A stretch of 64,000 bases of DNA, taken from NCBI RefSeq assembly GCF_006345805.1, contig NC_043001.1, positions 6,510,001 to 6,574,000 on the forward strand, written 5' to 3'. Shown here in pieces: positions 1 through 13,615 of this stretch; positions within the stretch are counted from its first letter, which is position 1, and every line of letters begins with the position of its first letter. The position numbers were made by a program, and so were the translations under genes. The DNA is from Octopus sinensis. Taxonomy: Eukaryota. The notes under the pieces were generated by a model. That model made no database searches, was not told the origin of the DNA, and saw only the letters and a list, made by a program, of their open reading frames with translations.

Positions 1-659
1 AATGTAAATAATGAAATTAGATTTCATCCTGAGATGAAATAACACCCACTTGGTACTAATCCCAATTCATTTGATTGGTGGTGCAAAGTCGATGACCCGA
101 AAATATTTACAGCTCTGGATGGGATAGAAAACCCAATTCGTGAAATGTCGTTAATTGCTCTGCTATCTCATCGTTGCAATATTTCGAAAACAGCCAAGCA
201 GGCTTAATGCGACATCGTTATTATACAAATATGGTTATAAATCGTATATAATTTTTAATATCTCTTACGACATTGGTACACGAGTAAATATTCACCAAGG
301 AATATAATTTGAAAAATCAATAAATAAATATTTTCTATCGCAATGACATACTCTATGATTAAATATTCGAAGGGCATCGACGTTGACATTCTGAAAATAT
401 GTCGAAAGTAATGAAAACTTATGCAAATATTGAGATCATTTATTAATTATATACTACGCCAATATTTATTAATGTATGATATTAAAATAATGAGATATAT
501 TCAGTAAGTTGTGTGGCCGAGATATTATTATACCCGATAGGTTGATGAATCATCGTCTGTGGTCGACAAGTAATTTACGGCGACACGTTCAAATCTTCCA
601 GTCTCTGTAGAGGAGGAGAGATCACCCTCCTTGCTTTAGATTTCGTAATATGGGATGAA

Positions 660-1097
660 ATATTAGCTAAAGGCCCACAATTAGAAGTGAGGCTTAAATC
701 AATTATATCGATCAGAGTGATGAACTGATAATCATTTTATTGACCTAAAAGGATGAAAGTCAGAGTCAACCTTCGTGAAATTTAAATTCAGGACGTAAAG
801 GCTGACAAAATGAAAACAAGCATTTTACCCTGCGTTCTAATAAATATTTCTGACAGCTCGCCGCTTTTGGATTTCATTAGTATTTCCAATTCTGGCACAA
901 GGCCCACAATTCCATCAAATTCGTGGGAGGGGATGATTCGATTATATCGACCCCATGTACAAGTTGTACTTATTTGATTGACTTCTAAAAGAATAAGAAG
1001 CAATGTCGACTTCGGAGAAAATTTAACTCAAAATACGAAGACGGATTAAATGTCGCTAAGTATTCTGTCCGGCTTGCAAACGATTCAACCAACTCGT
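660..1097 (-). mobile_element. Two degraded SINE family 1 copies
   Basis: Decayed matches to aaaggatgaaaggcaaagtcgacctcggcggaatttgaactcag in reverse orientation. Confidence 0.6.
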
Positions 1098-1330
1098 CCC
1101 TTGATGGGTTTCATAATCATTAAACATATTTTTAATTTGTATCTTTTTCTTCTGTCAGTCATTGGCCTGCGGCCATCTTGGAGCGGCTGCACGAAGTGGT
1201 TTTTAGTGACTCCATTCATCCTCTATCGGTCTGCTCAAACGCTATACTCTTGTAAAGAATCACGAGTTTTGAAGCAATGGAGGGACAAACGTGCACAAAT
1301 ACAACGACACAATAACACACGCATATATAT

Positions 1331-1470
1331 ATAGAACGGGCTTCCACACAGTTTCTTTTTATCAAATTCCCTCCCAGCTCTATAGAAGAAGCCGCTAACC
1401 TAAGCTGCCACACAGGGAATGAACCTGAAACCACGTTGTTGAAACGGAATTTTGTTCGCCACGAAGCAGC
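1331..1470 (-). mobile_element. Degraded SINE family 2 5' fragment
   Basis: Reverse of gtggtttcaggttcattccctgtgtggcagcttagg...ttctatag resembles head of 28238 and 32496 copies. Confidence 0.5.
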
Positions 1471-1554
1471 AACACCTTCGCCTGAAAGATACAAGAAATA
1501 TTTAAATGAAGAAATAAACTTGTAAAGAAAAACACTTAAGATGTTATTTCATAT

Positions 1555-1990
1555 CTAATTATGGTCTCAAATTTCGGCATTAGACCAGTAATTTCGTGGG
1601 GTGCTCCTGTGCTAAACTAATAACTATTCGATCAACCTAAGAAGGGATAACATAGAAAGGCGACCTCAGCCGATTTTCAACTCAGAACAAGACAGATTGG
1701 ATAACACTTAGTATTTTTTCCTGTGCACTACCAATTCTTGCGGCTCGCCGCCTGGTTTCACATCTAAGATTGAATTAATATCCTGTCACACGTCCATAAT
1801 TTGGGGCAGTGTAAACTGAATTCATTGACCTCAGTGTTTAAATGGTACTTATTTTATTTAACCCATAATGTTAAATGGCAAAGTCGACCTTGGTGGAATT
1901 TGAACTCAGAAAGTAAAGACCGACAGAAATCAGCCAAGCATTTTCCCTGGGATGCTACCGATTCTGCCAACACGCCACTTCATTTCCTAT
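1555..1990 (-). mobile_element. Two degraded SINE family 1 copies
   Basis: ggcaaagtcgaccttggtggaatttgaactcagaaagtaaagac...ctgccaacacgcc matches the reverse of family 1. Confidence 0.7.
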
Positions 1991-2435
1991 CCAATACAAA
2001 GACTAAAAGCATTTTTATTATTACTCTTGCCGAGGAGGTACGCTTTATGATTATTCGAACTTGTTGCAAGGCCACTTAAAATATTACAAGTTCCTTTAAG
2101 TTGCTCAAAAAACATTAAGCACAAATCATTGAGCACTTTGGTAATTATAATTTAATGGCTGTTCAGTTTCTATATTCATTTAAAAAATGATTTGTTGCCA
2201 GAGATAATTTCTAAGCTAATTTAACAATTTTCTTAAATGCAGATAATTAACTTAACTTTGAATTTGCCAACCAAATTCACAGGCTTATATGCTTTTAGCA
2301 GTTCAACGAAACGAACGTGGTTTTATATAACCAAACAACCACTTTAACAGGGTTATGTAGCAGCAGGGTGCAAATCATAAGAGAAATAATATTATTACGT
2401 TCATGTCTATATCTGTATATCTCCCTCTCTAAATC

Positions 2436-3135
2436 GGCGAGCTGGCAGATTCATTAGCACGCCGGGCGAAATGCGTAGCCGTATTTCGTCTGCCGTTACG
2501 TTCTGAGTTCAAATCCCCCGAGGTTGACTTTGCCTTTCATCCTTTCGGGGTCGATAAATTAAGTACCAGTTACGCACTGGGGATCGATGTAATCGACTTA
2601 ATCCGTTTGTCTGTCCTTGTTTGTCCCCTCTGTGTTTAGCCCCTTTTGGGTAGTAAAGAAATAGGTATTTCGTCTGCTGTTTAACCCTTGTGGGTAGTAA
2701 AGAAATAGGTAATTCGTCGTTCTGAGTTCAAATTCCGCCGAGGTCGACTTTGCCTTTCATCCTTTCGGGGTCAATTAAATAAATACCAGTTACGCACTGG
2801 AGTCGATAAAATCGATTTAATCCGTTTGTCTGTCCGTGTTTGTCCTCTCTGTGTTTAACCCCTTGTGGGTAGTAAAGAAATAGGTAATTCGTCTGCCGCT
2901 ACGTTCTGAGTTCAAATTCCGCCGAGGTCGACTTTGCCTTTCATCATTTCGGGGTCGATTAAATAAGTATCAGGTACGCATTGGGTCGATATAATCGACT
3001 TAATCCGTTTGTCTGTCCTTGTTTGTCCTCTCTGTGCTTTGCCCTTTGGGGCGATAAATTACGTACCAGTTGCGTACTGGGGTCGATATAATCGACTGGC
3101 TTCCTTCCCCAAAATTACGGGCCTTGTGTCTTGAG
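2436..3135 (+). mobile_element. Tandem multimer of tRNA-type SINE family 1 (head ggcgagctggcaga..., body gataaattaagtaccag...ggggtcgat)
   Basis: A-box-like tggcaga..ttag and B-box-like gagttcaaatcc; body repeated about four times, joined at aaagaaataggt(a)tttcgtctg; same family elsewhere in window. Confidence 0.85.
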
Positions 3136-3211
3136 TTAGAAAATGATATATCTCATGTTCTCTTTCTCTCACTCTCTCAAGTCTTTTCACTCTGTGTTTG
3201 TGTGTGTGTGC

Positions 3212-3263
<52 letters not shown>

Positions 3264-4251
3264 ATATAATCACTCACATAGACACGCACTCACAAATATA
3301 CCCATACATATTGATATAGGTATGTATGCAGATATGTATATATATATATATACATATATATATATGCGTGTGTGTGTTTGTATATACATATGCATGTATG
3401 TTTCTTTGCATATGCTCGTATGTGTGTGCATTATGCAATGCATCATTAAATGATCGGATGCAACATTTCTGATGGAATAGATTATAGTGAAAAATTCGTT
3501 ATTCATACGTTTTATGGATCCAAAATTATTGTCGTTTCTCCATAATGTACAAAACACCATTAGTGTTAATGGAGACTAATTTCTGTGTGTTTGAATACAT
3601 TACAAAATATTTCCAGTTTCTCTATAATTCTTCGTGTTATATACTGTTGAAAAATTAATAGTCTATTGCATTAATTTATTTCGTTTCTCAATCATAAATG
3701 CATTACTGGAATGAAACCAAAACGAAATTATAGCCGCATATCATTTGGAATTTGCTCAAAAGTGCTTACCGAAAAATGGGTGCAGTTCCAAATGTAAACC
3801 AGCTTTAATATAAGGCGTTCTGTTTAGTTGGAGTGTCGAATATATATCTTACGGCTTAAATAAATAAAATTTTATCCTGTGTACTATGCACAATCAATAT
3901 TATTTGACAGCCTGAAAATCTAATAAAGAGATAAGAAGTCAACCCGAACGTATATTGTAATAGAATAATCCCAAACGTCATTATCGAGATAGTTGGTCTA
4001 CATTAATAGTGTTTGACACGAGTTTTCAAACTTTGAAGGAATGTTGTTGTGTTTCCGGAAGTAAAGAATTCTTTGTATGCGCGTAACTTTTTCTCTTCGA
4101 ACTGCCAGACTTTGTGTTTCGTTTTCATTCCATTTTTTTTCCAAAGTATCTTATGAGCGCTTGTAAATCTAAAGCAATTCTTTCATTCCGTCATGTTTTC
4201 TCTTGATATCGCCTTACAATAATTGGCTTCCTGCCTCGTTTGGGATATAAA

Positions 4252-4474
4252 GCGTAATCCCTTGCAATATCGCGGTTCACTTATCGCGGTTTATTATCTA
4301 AGCTTACGTCGATACCTCCGTGGTATTGTTTTGTGTTTATAATAAAATAAATATATACAAATTATAAAAAATAAGTAAAAAATTATACAGTACATTACTG
4401 ATTTTACTTCGCTGATTTTCACCTATCGCGTGTGATATTGGAACGTAACACCCGTAATAGTCGAGGGAATACTC
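4252..4474. mobile_element. Tc1/mariner(pogo)-type MITE, copy 1
   Basis: Imperfect TIRs gtaatcccttgcaatatcgcgg and taatagtcgagggaatact; body matches 13385-13615 in opposite orientation. Confidence 0.7.
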
Positions 4475-5202
4475 TAATAATTAAAAAATACATAACTGAC
4501 GTCTGTAAATGGTAATAATATCCTAATAATATCGCTTGTGTTTTGGCCATAGAATCAGAAGCATAAATTAACGACGGAAAATTATAAAATGTGCGTCAAT
4601 GAAACTCTGGCAAGAAATAACGGAGCAGGAAGAAATCTAGGTCTTCATTGTTGCGTAGGAAACGTTTTAGTTATTCATATATACTGACTACGCACAGATC
4701 CACATCACACATTTTTATATGCGTGTGTGTGTGTGTTTTACGTGTGTTTTAGTGTGTTGACATCCTTTCAAAATCTGTGGAGTGTTTACCAATTTTGTGT
4801 CATTTTCTACTCATACTCCAGTCATTATTTTAATTTCACATATCGGTAGACATACACACAACACAGACCACACCCTTTTATGCCTACACACCATGAAAGA
4901 TATACACATTTGTCTGCATTCCCACAACCGCTACTTACTTTCTCATAGAACAACATGACAGCCGAGTTCCCAACACATATCCTTCCACCCGAGTCTTTTC
5001 GTTCGTTCTCAGAATTCAAAAACAGAATTCAAGGCATTGAGTTACTGTTTGGAATTGTCTGCAACTGGATGTCATTATTGAACCGATATCCTATTGGGTT
5101 GGTGTCTGTAAGGATGTTCCGTCTTACATCCAGAACGTGACATATCCCGTCACTTAGTGTATACTTCATTTATTGGTGTGTTAATGGACGCCACTCTTGC
5201 TC

Positions 5203-5480
5203 TCATGGAAGGTTTTGCCAAGTTACTTCAGATCTTCTTTTGAGAGCACGTAATATCTTCATGTGTCTTACAAACTTCCTTCCTCCATCTGCCGATACGC
5301 ATCGTCTCCCTGTCTTCGGTATTTGTTTTTCTGTCAGCCAGAAAGCAGGGCCCATACGTTTCACTTTTCTTTCCGCTACATTCTTCTGCACTTTGCATAG
5401 ATTGGCTCTTCTCAGGATTTTAGTGTTTGTAATTCTGTCTCTGTAAATTATCTTTAATCTTCTGCATAAGCACAATTAGT
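5203..5480 (-). mobile_element. RTE-clade LINE, C-terminal ORF remnant
   Basis: Translation CRRLKIIYRDRITNTKILRRAN...ERKVKRMG...QIPK resembles the RTE/BovB post-RT region (RWQDxxTNxEVLRRA...RRLRWxGH...xIPK). Confidence 0.7.
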
Positions 5481-5997
5481 GAAATGCATTCAAACTCTGA
5501 GTAAATTGACTGTCATTTTCCAATCAACTCTGGCATTATATCTCATTCTAGAAACCCTCTGTTGATTTAACATCGATGGTATTTCCGTCGACTCTTGCAC
5601 GGCACTAGGAAGTTAATAAACACATTCGAATGAATAGATTCGAAACCGTTACTCTATGGAATACACTTAATGTAAATATCGTGGTTCTGTCTACTGAGAA
5701 ATATGTTGCAGTCTTTGAAACATAATCATCGAGTTTTGAGTCAACAAAAATTCTGAATTTGTTAAGTCATGACACTCACTAATGAATCAGAATTCGCAAT
5801 TAAGAAAGCTTATAGTGAATCCTACTTGCAACTATTATTCAGCGTTTGAAATTATTTTCATCTACATATTCGTGATATTATTGTCTTAGATATTCTCTCA
5901 TAAATTGCATAGTATTAACGGTTAAACAAATTTTACTACTAACTAAAACCGGTTTGTGTACAATCAGCGACCAGTGTCTACCTGTTGAAATATATTC

Positions 5998-6036
5998 CGC
6001 TGATTGGACTCCACAGCATTCCGCAAATGACGTCGT
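5998..6036. promoter_or_regulatory. Possible NF-Y (CCAAT) plus CRE-like motif pair
   Basis: ctgattggac (reverse gtccaatcag) at 6000-6009 and tgacgtcg at 6028-6035 in a locally CpG-richer, non-repeat-looking patch; motif match only. Confidence 0.2.
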
Positions 6037-9000
6037 CGCCCAGCCACCTTGTTATGCGGCGATCAATCAATGATTGAGTTATTCTGAATATTAGATTTCA
6101 TGATAAAAGAATTGATCATTGTTGAAAACTTTTTTCAAGCGTAGAAAACATGATGTCGAATAGAAATTGTTACAATCAACACTGACACTTTCAAGCCAAG
6201 ACATATTTAAATATATCAGTGAATATTAAATAGCATAAAAAAACATCCAATTTGATACTATTTAAATTCATGTTTCATAGAGTTGAATAAAATCATGTTA
6301 AATACTTCATAGATTACCACGCTAATCTATTTAATTTAATTATCTACGAATTGCCTCTGTTATACAATCTCCAATATGTTACTATTAGGTAAATACTGGT
6401 TAATTACTTGCAGAAATAGACAGCGAAAAAAGGGAGGGGATTAATTACCAAAGAACACTCGATGACTTAAAATCCAGTAAATTATAAGCAAAACGTTTTC
6501 AAATGTTCATAAAATAGACGACAATTCATAAAATCAATGTGAATTTTTGTATAACATGAACCATAACAAATTATAACAAACCCATAACAAATACAATATG
6601 TTGGAGTAGAAATTGAAAAAGCAATTAAAGCATATATGTACGTGTGGTGTTTGTCCCCTGGCACCGACTTACATGTGTTTTTATGTTTAAATCACCGTAC
6701 CTTAATGGTTCTGCAAAAGAGAGTGAAAGAATAAGTACGTGGTTTTAAAAATGTACTTGGAATCAATTCGTTTCACTTAGATATTTCAAGACGATGCCTC
6801 AGTAAAGCTGCAGGCGTATGGCTGAATCCATTAAAGATAATAGAACTTCCATATAATGTCGAAAATAAAAGCAACGAGGAACAACGTAGGGAATACGAAC
6901 TAATAATACCAGCCTCTGTTTGATGTAAGACGAATGAACTGGTAAATAAGCTGGAAGGAGGCGGGGGTCGATGGTCGGCGCCGGTGCCAGAGTAAAACAG
7001 ACGAGTCAGAGTACATGATAGCGGGAGGCTGAAAAATACTTGCGTATGAGTGTGTGAATGTTGCTCTTTTTTCCTCCCTCTCACGCTTTATACGTGTTTT
7101 TGTATACCAAAATCGAATAACAAAGTAAGTCTGACAATTTTGATAGAAATAAGTGATTGGTAAGATGCATATCAATCCATAACATCTTTATTATTGAACG
7201 ACGAGTTTAGAAGACAATATATTTAGACTTTGTGTCTGTCCTGGAAGATGCCGCTGTCCATGAAATTCAAAGACTTTCCACACGAGTGTTAACGAATTGT
7301 TAAAAAAATATAATTTGACAGTTGTGTAATATACATGAGAAGGTAGGCAATTTGTATAGGGAAGCATTCTGGAAGGCAGTAAAGGATGGCGAAAGGGTTA
7401 CTACGGAAAAAATAGATTTGAGGATGCCTGCAAATGCCTGAATCGTGGTGAAATGAAACCAGGACTTCCGTTTAGTGAATACTTAATGTGATTTAAAAGA
7501 GAATAGCGGAACTTGGGAATATATGAATACGTCTTTCAAATTTTGGCACAAGAAAAATGATCGCGGTTTCTTTTATTTGTTGCATAAATCTCGGCAATGG
7601 ACCACCATTCCATAAAATATGTTTATAAGGAGAAAAATATTGAAAAACATCGATTTCCCTGATATTATTTTATCGAACCCAAATAGATGAAAGGCAAAGT
7701 CCAACTCAGCCGTAATAAAGGGTCTCATCATTTTGTCTCCCCGCAGTAACGATTCTGTGATATATCCGCCTCTGGAGAGAAAAGAATTATGATGTCCAAA
7801 ATATCATAATATTATTCATGATATCAGAAGGAAAGGTTCTACCGCCTTCCTAGCTATGTGGCTAAAGCTTTGCTTCGCAATCTCGTTGATTCACTTCAGT
7901 TCTGATGCACGAACATGTATCAAATGTCTTCCATTAAGCCGCGGAGAGCAATTCATTGTCTGAGAATATTGTAGACGGAAACCTATTTGTATGTGTATTT
8001 TCTTGTGGGTAAATCTCTGTGTCTTTGCTTGTCTTTCACCACATGCCAACCCGGGTTTGTTTACCCTAGCAACATAACAGTTCAGCAGCAAAAGATGAAT
8101 ATAATATGTATCCGACTTGTTGTCACTAAGTTCCATTTAAAATATCATCGGTAAATCTGTACCACATGGACGCATTTTAGTCACTAAAAATATATATAAG
8201 AACAGGATTATAATATATTTGTCATTCAAGTTTTAGGATTAAACTATTGATGTTAATTGCAAGTAGCATTCCAAAGATTAAAGCGCACTATAAAAACATA
8301 TTTGTATTACAAAAATTTTGTTAAAACAGTCGTAACATATTTTTGCTGCGAAACAAAGAGTGGTGTTTAAGAAATACGATTCTCAATTATGGGTATGCTG
8401 TCTACATCCCCAGTCTGGAATATTGAGCGATCCTCGGTTACCAAATCTCGTCAATAAACGAGTACTGCGTGGAAATTTCTCAGTCGATCTGTCAGCACAA
8501 TTAATTCAATGAGATAATTGTGTAAAATACTTTATCACACTCATTTTGGCAGTGCATAACGTTATATGGACTGTAGAGCTCATGCTAGAACATTGATCAT
8601 GCTGTAACATTGTACATTTAACTTTGATTCATACAACAAAATTAATAAATCAAATAACATTTCCGCCCATTATATATGTGTGATTTCTCGTGTATTACTC
8701 GTTGAATGCGAGGCTTTATTTCACTTCTTGGCATTACTACCCTACTGTCATGCATTGATTCTTTACCGTTAGATATTTGCCTTTGGTATACACAGATCTA
8801 TCTCACCTATGATCGAATGCATTTGATTAATACGCATCTTTTTTTTTCTAGGTTTATACTTTCAGGTGTCCCTTCGTTCATGATGTTGTTTTGTGCTTCT
8901 TAAATTGAAACATCTTGTATAAGTAGCCGGAAATGCGACCACTTCGAGATGGTTTCGTTAGCTCAAATGACTCTAATCTAATAGTCACAGCACCGTACTC

Positions 9001-10626
9001 TCAATATGTCGATACAATAACATATTTATTAACACGAAGAAACAGGAATATTTGAAGAGTGCATCGACTGCTCCGCGATAATAACAGTCAAAGCTGCACT
9101 AATTCCCAGGCATGTTTCATTTATCCACGCATTCTTTAAAATATTTTACTGTACATATTTTTTTAGTATTTACTGTAAATAATTTTGTTATATTTTTTTT
9201 TAGATGATGTATTGTATCTGGATTATATTAATCTTAGTTTAACTTTAGACTGAACAGTATTACAAAGTTTACAATAAATATCATATGCGCTAATAAGCTG
9301 CTATCTAAAAACAGCAGCTGCTGCATTATTTCGTAACTTTTATCGCATTTTGATTTATATTTTCTGGTACACAACAGGATTTATCTTTTGATGGTTGTTG
9401 TGTTTTTTTTTATTATTGTTATTATTATTTGACTGTTGTTTCTTTAGAATGTATTTCAGTTTGCAGATAACTAGAAATATGGAAATCTAAGCAACACTTC
9501 AGATATCCTATAGGTTTTCTATTAATCCGTGGCTCGAAATGAAAAGAGGAGATAATGAGACATTATCATCTCTTTGCATGCTACGGAAAATAATAAAAGC
9601 AAACACTTGCAGAGATATCGGAAGGGTTCCTTTCTACCTGAGTTGACATGATATATTTTCTTTTACAAAGAATTGTTCGGTATAACACAGCCAGGTAAGT
9701 ACCTGAGAGAAATGAATGAAAGCAGCGCAGCAGAATTTTTACTTCTTCTGTGTCTAAAGCTTGAAAAAGAAAACCTCAATGGATAATTATTTATTTGCGA
9801 CAACAGTTGTGAAAGTATTTCTGATAGATTGGAAAAGATGTTAAGAATATGTTCACGTAACGTACATTTCATTTTTGATGTCCTCAATACTCTGCGACAG
9901 TATTATGTTTAAACCAAACTCCAATAACGAATTATAAAATGTTCAAGATTTTCCTAGCTCGATAACAAGGAATCCTGATAAATGCATAGCTATTACGTAA
10001 TGAAATTTGAAATTAATTGTCATTGAGACCGATTCTATTTTGGAAAGATCCTTGACGATGTTTATTTCATTACGAGACTCTTATCTCGGCACCAATAATT
10101 AGACTTTGAGATGGATACTTCTTCATAGTAATATATTAATCCTTCTTTCTACAACACATTGGCATAGTAGGCATAGTAGACATTTTCTGATTCATTCGAA
10201 AACTGGGCTTATCTACTTTTAACTGAATCTTACAAGCAATATACACGAGATGTTTTGAAGTAGATATGTCAATTGCTCACAGTTTGAAGTCGCAACATCT
10301 AGAAATCAAACATCTTTGTATTATATAGATTTCAATTGCGACGCATTTAGTCTTAGAAATTTTATATTCTTTCTACAATTATACTTTCTAGCGGGCGATT
10401 TTACCTGGTAATTAAGTAGCGTTCTTTTTATTGAAGAAACATTAGAAACATTAATCCTGCAAAATTCACTCACAATGAAGATGCATCTGTACCGCAGTCG
10501 ATTAATTCATGTAGAATAGAACATTAAAATGTTGAGAATCACGGATTCTTCCATTGTTAAAAAGTCAAATACATCTCATGTAAGTGATAAAACATATCAA
10601 TATATATATATATATATATATATATG

Positions 10627-12186
10627 TAAATCCTTAAATCCTTAAAAATGTTTTAGCCCGAAGGCCGCGGCCATGCTGGGGCACCACCGTTGAATGAGCT
10701 ACACTAATATGTGAATCCACCTCTGATACGTGGCACTTAATAAGGGAGTTCGATGCCGCTGCACGCATCTGTGTCTCCTGTCGTGAGGTAGGTTCATCTG
10801 AGACCCCAGACAAGAAGAGATCCAGTTTAGTTTTAAAGAAACCCACATCCACACCATGTAAGTCTCTCAGGCATTTAGGGAGGATGTTAAAGAGCTGTGG
10901 TCCTCTGAAACCCAAACTGTTGCAGTATATGGACCTGTATTTTGATGGTGATGTTGGAATCTTTGGCACCATGCAGTGGCGCCCCGTTCTGCGGTTGGGG
11001 TAACTTTGAATGCCAAAGTTTGGTATAAGACGCTCCAGGATTTTCCAGATGTATATCACCGCATATCTCTCCCGCTTCCGCTCTAGGGAGTAGAGGTTTA
11101 ATACTTTCAGTCTTTCCCAGTAGCTGATATTTTGCATTAAGACGATCTTCTTTGTGTAGCTTCTTTGAATTGCTTCGATTTCTGCTGTTAGTTTTATATT
11201 GTGTGGTGACCATAGTTAGGAGCAGTAGTCCAAGCGGCTGAGGACGAATGTTTTTCAGAGGACCATCAGTGTCTCTTTCTCTCTTGTTCTGAAAGTTCGG
11301 AGAATCTATCCAGCTAGCCGTCTGCATTTTGTCACCAGATTAGTGATATGCACTTGGAAAGATGCATCATTGCTCATGTCAATGCCCAGGTCACGCACTG
11401 ATTTTGACTCAGGGATTGCAATTCTTCCTGGGCCAGTGTATCCAGTCTGCACGTCGTTTACCTTTGTGTGCCGGCAGCGCAGGGCCTGGAACTTACCTGC
11501 ATTAAACTGCATGTTGTTGTCCTCAGCTCACCTGTATATTGTATCCAACTCCTGTTGCAAATGCGCAATATTTTCAGGGTTTTGTATTGTGTGGGAGACG
11601 TTTGTGTCATCTGCATAGTTAGCAAGGGTGGCCATCGTAGCAACTGAGGGCATGTCTTAAAGGGCCACTATGAACATCAGTGGCCCTAAGACAGTGCCCT
11701 GTGGAACACCGCTTGTTATTTGTGTTTCCTTGGAGGTGGCTCCATTGCTCACGTCTGACTGTCTTCTGTCTTTTAGGAAGTTGTGCAGCCACTCTCCAAG
11801 CTTTCCGCCTATGCCGAGACCACGCAGTTTGTGACAGATCATACCGTGGTCGACTTTATCAAAGGCTTTTCCAAAGTCGAAATATATTACATCCATTTTG
11901 AGCCATTTAGTAGCTGTTTTAACACCCAGTCATAGTGTTGCAGGAGCTGTGTTAGGCAGCTTCTACCTGGTCGAAACCCATGCTGGGTGTCAGACAGCAA
12001 TTGCTTTTCTTCAAGGAACATGATTAGTTTCTTGCGGACTATTCGTTCTATGACTTTGCTGATGTCTGAGGTCAGAGGGATAGGCCTATAATTTTTAGCA
12101 TCTGCTCTGCTACCTCCCTTATGGATAGGGCATACTACCCCCTCTTTCAATTTGACTGGGAGCTTACCACTTGCAAGAAAGCCCTG
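10627..12186 (-). mobile_element. 5'-truncated CR1-type LINE: disrupted RT plus 3' UTR and 8-mer tail
   Basis: NYRPIPLTS, QHGFRPGRSCLTQL, YFDFGKAFDKVDH, SGVPQGTVLGPL and ANYADDT motifs over several frames; ends in (TAAGGATT)2. Confidence 0.92.
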
Positions 12187-12188
12187 AG

Positions 12189-12220
<32 letters not shown>

Positions 12221-12237
12221 TATATATATTCTTACAG

Positions 12238-12457
12238 AAGGCGGCGAGCTGGCACGCCGGACGAAATGTGTAGCCGTATTTCGTCTGTCGTTACGTTCTA
12301 AGTTCAAATTTCGCTGAGGTCGACTTTACCTTTCATCCTTTCGGGGTCGATAAATTAAGTACCAGTTACGCACTGGGGTCGATGTAATCGACTTAATACC
12401 TATGTATGTCCTTGTTTGTCCCCTATATGTTTAATCCCTTGTGGGTAATAAAGAAAA
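12238..12457 (+). mobile_element. SINE family 1 copy
   Basis: High similarity to the first unit at 2436. Confidence 0.85.
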
Positions 12458-13384
12458 ATATATACCTATTCTTATAGTTTTGGGCTTAAGAGGTTGAAGG
12501 AAAATGTATTAAATCCAACAGCGAAATATGCACTCACACTTGTGCTCTTGTTACAAGTGTTGTAATATTACATTTGAACAAAACACGGATATGTATATTC
12601 GGTTCGTATCTATTTGATACAAACGTTATTTATCGATACTGAGCGAGTAAAGCGAACTATGCCGCTGTAGCTTCCAACACATTCAAGCACAAATCTTTTG
12701 CATTCATCTAGCCGAGTACTGTTATTTTCTTATAGTTTATACGGAGGAATCGATTGTTAAAACCAATATCTTTTTTCGTTTATATTTTTCTTCACTTCAT
12801 ACTGTATTCTTAATTGAATTTTACTTCAAATATCTTCCAGGAAAATTCCAAGAATTAAGGTGTGTTAGTTTGATGTAAAGTATCAGCGTTGACAGCATTG
12901 GTTCAACTGATATTCTACTCGCTTCGTATTCTCCCCGAACAAAACTATTTCCCCGAGCAAAAATGATTAGTATTTTGTCTTCTTTATTTACTCTTTTCTT
13001 TAATGAAATGAATTATATTAAGAATTTTTTTCACAAATGAAACACAATGAGTTCAACTCTATTATTTGCTCACGGCATTTCATTTAACCGGTATTTGTAA
13101 GATTTAAGCTCATTATTGTGCGTTTCAGAAAGATTACTATTTTACATTCTATAATGGCTCGGGGTTATTTTATTGACACGGGAAATAAAAAAGATTTTTG
13201 TATTCAGAATACATATATAGAGGATTCAAATTGTAGCTTAATAACCTGATATCAGAAACGATATTTCTAGTATTTCCTGTCATTAGTAAATGGTGTATAA
13301 TCTTTTTTATACGAACAAACGACCTCTGAAATCAGAAAGTAGAAGACACACTTCTTGATATGTTTTCTTCTGGCAAGTTACTAG

Positions 13385-13615
13385 TACAATAATCCCTCGA
13401 CTATCGCGGATGTAACACTCCCACCTGTGATAGGTGAAAATCTGCGAAGCAGAAACAGTTCTGTATTTTTATTTTTTTTAATGTTTATAATTTGTATATA
13501 TTTATTTTATTATAAAAGCAAAACAACAACACGGAGGAATCGACGTAAGCTTAAGTAATAAACCGCGATATGTGAACCGTAATAGGTGAACCGCGATATA
13601 CAAATTGTTACTCTA
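13385..13615. mobile_element. Tc1/mariner(pogo)-type MITE, copy 2
   Basis: Begins tacaataatccctcgactatcgcgg; internal aaccgcgata repeats; reverse complement of 4252-4474. Confidence 0.7.

Noticed and set aside
3059-3560. Many 60-210 aa ORFs rich in YI, CV, TH, MYV, poly-L, poly-I, poly-Y or poly-H (also 17.3, 25.3-28.0, 31.1, 34.5, 36.5, 47.9, 50.2, 53.1 and 58.2 kb)
   Set aside because: They are translations of (TA)n, (CA)n, (TATG)n, (ATCT)n and trinucleotide microsatellites
4825-5140. Short ORFs and a minus-strand AAA/GTAAGT donor near 4936
   Set aside because: No convincing acceptor or homology; adjacent to an RTE remnant and probably old LINE sequence
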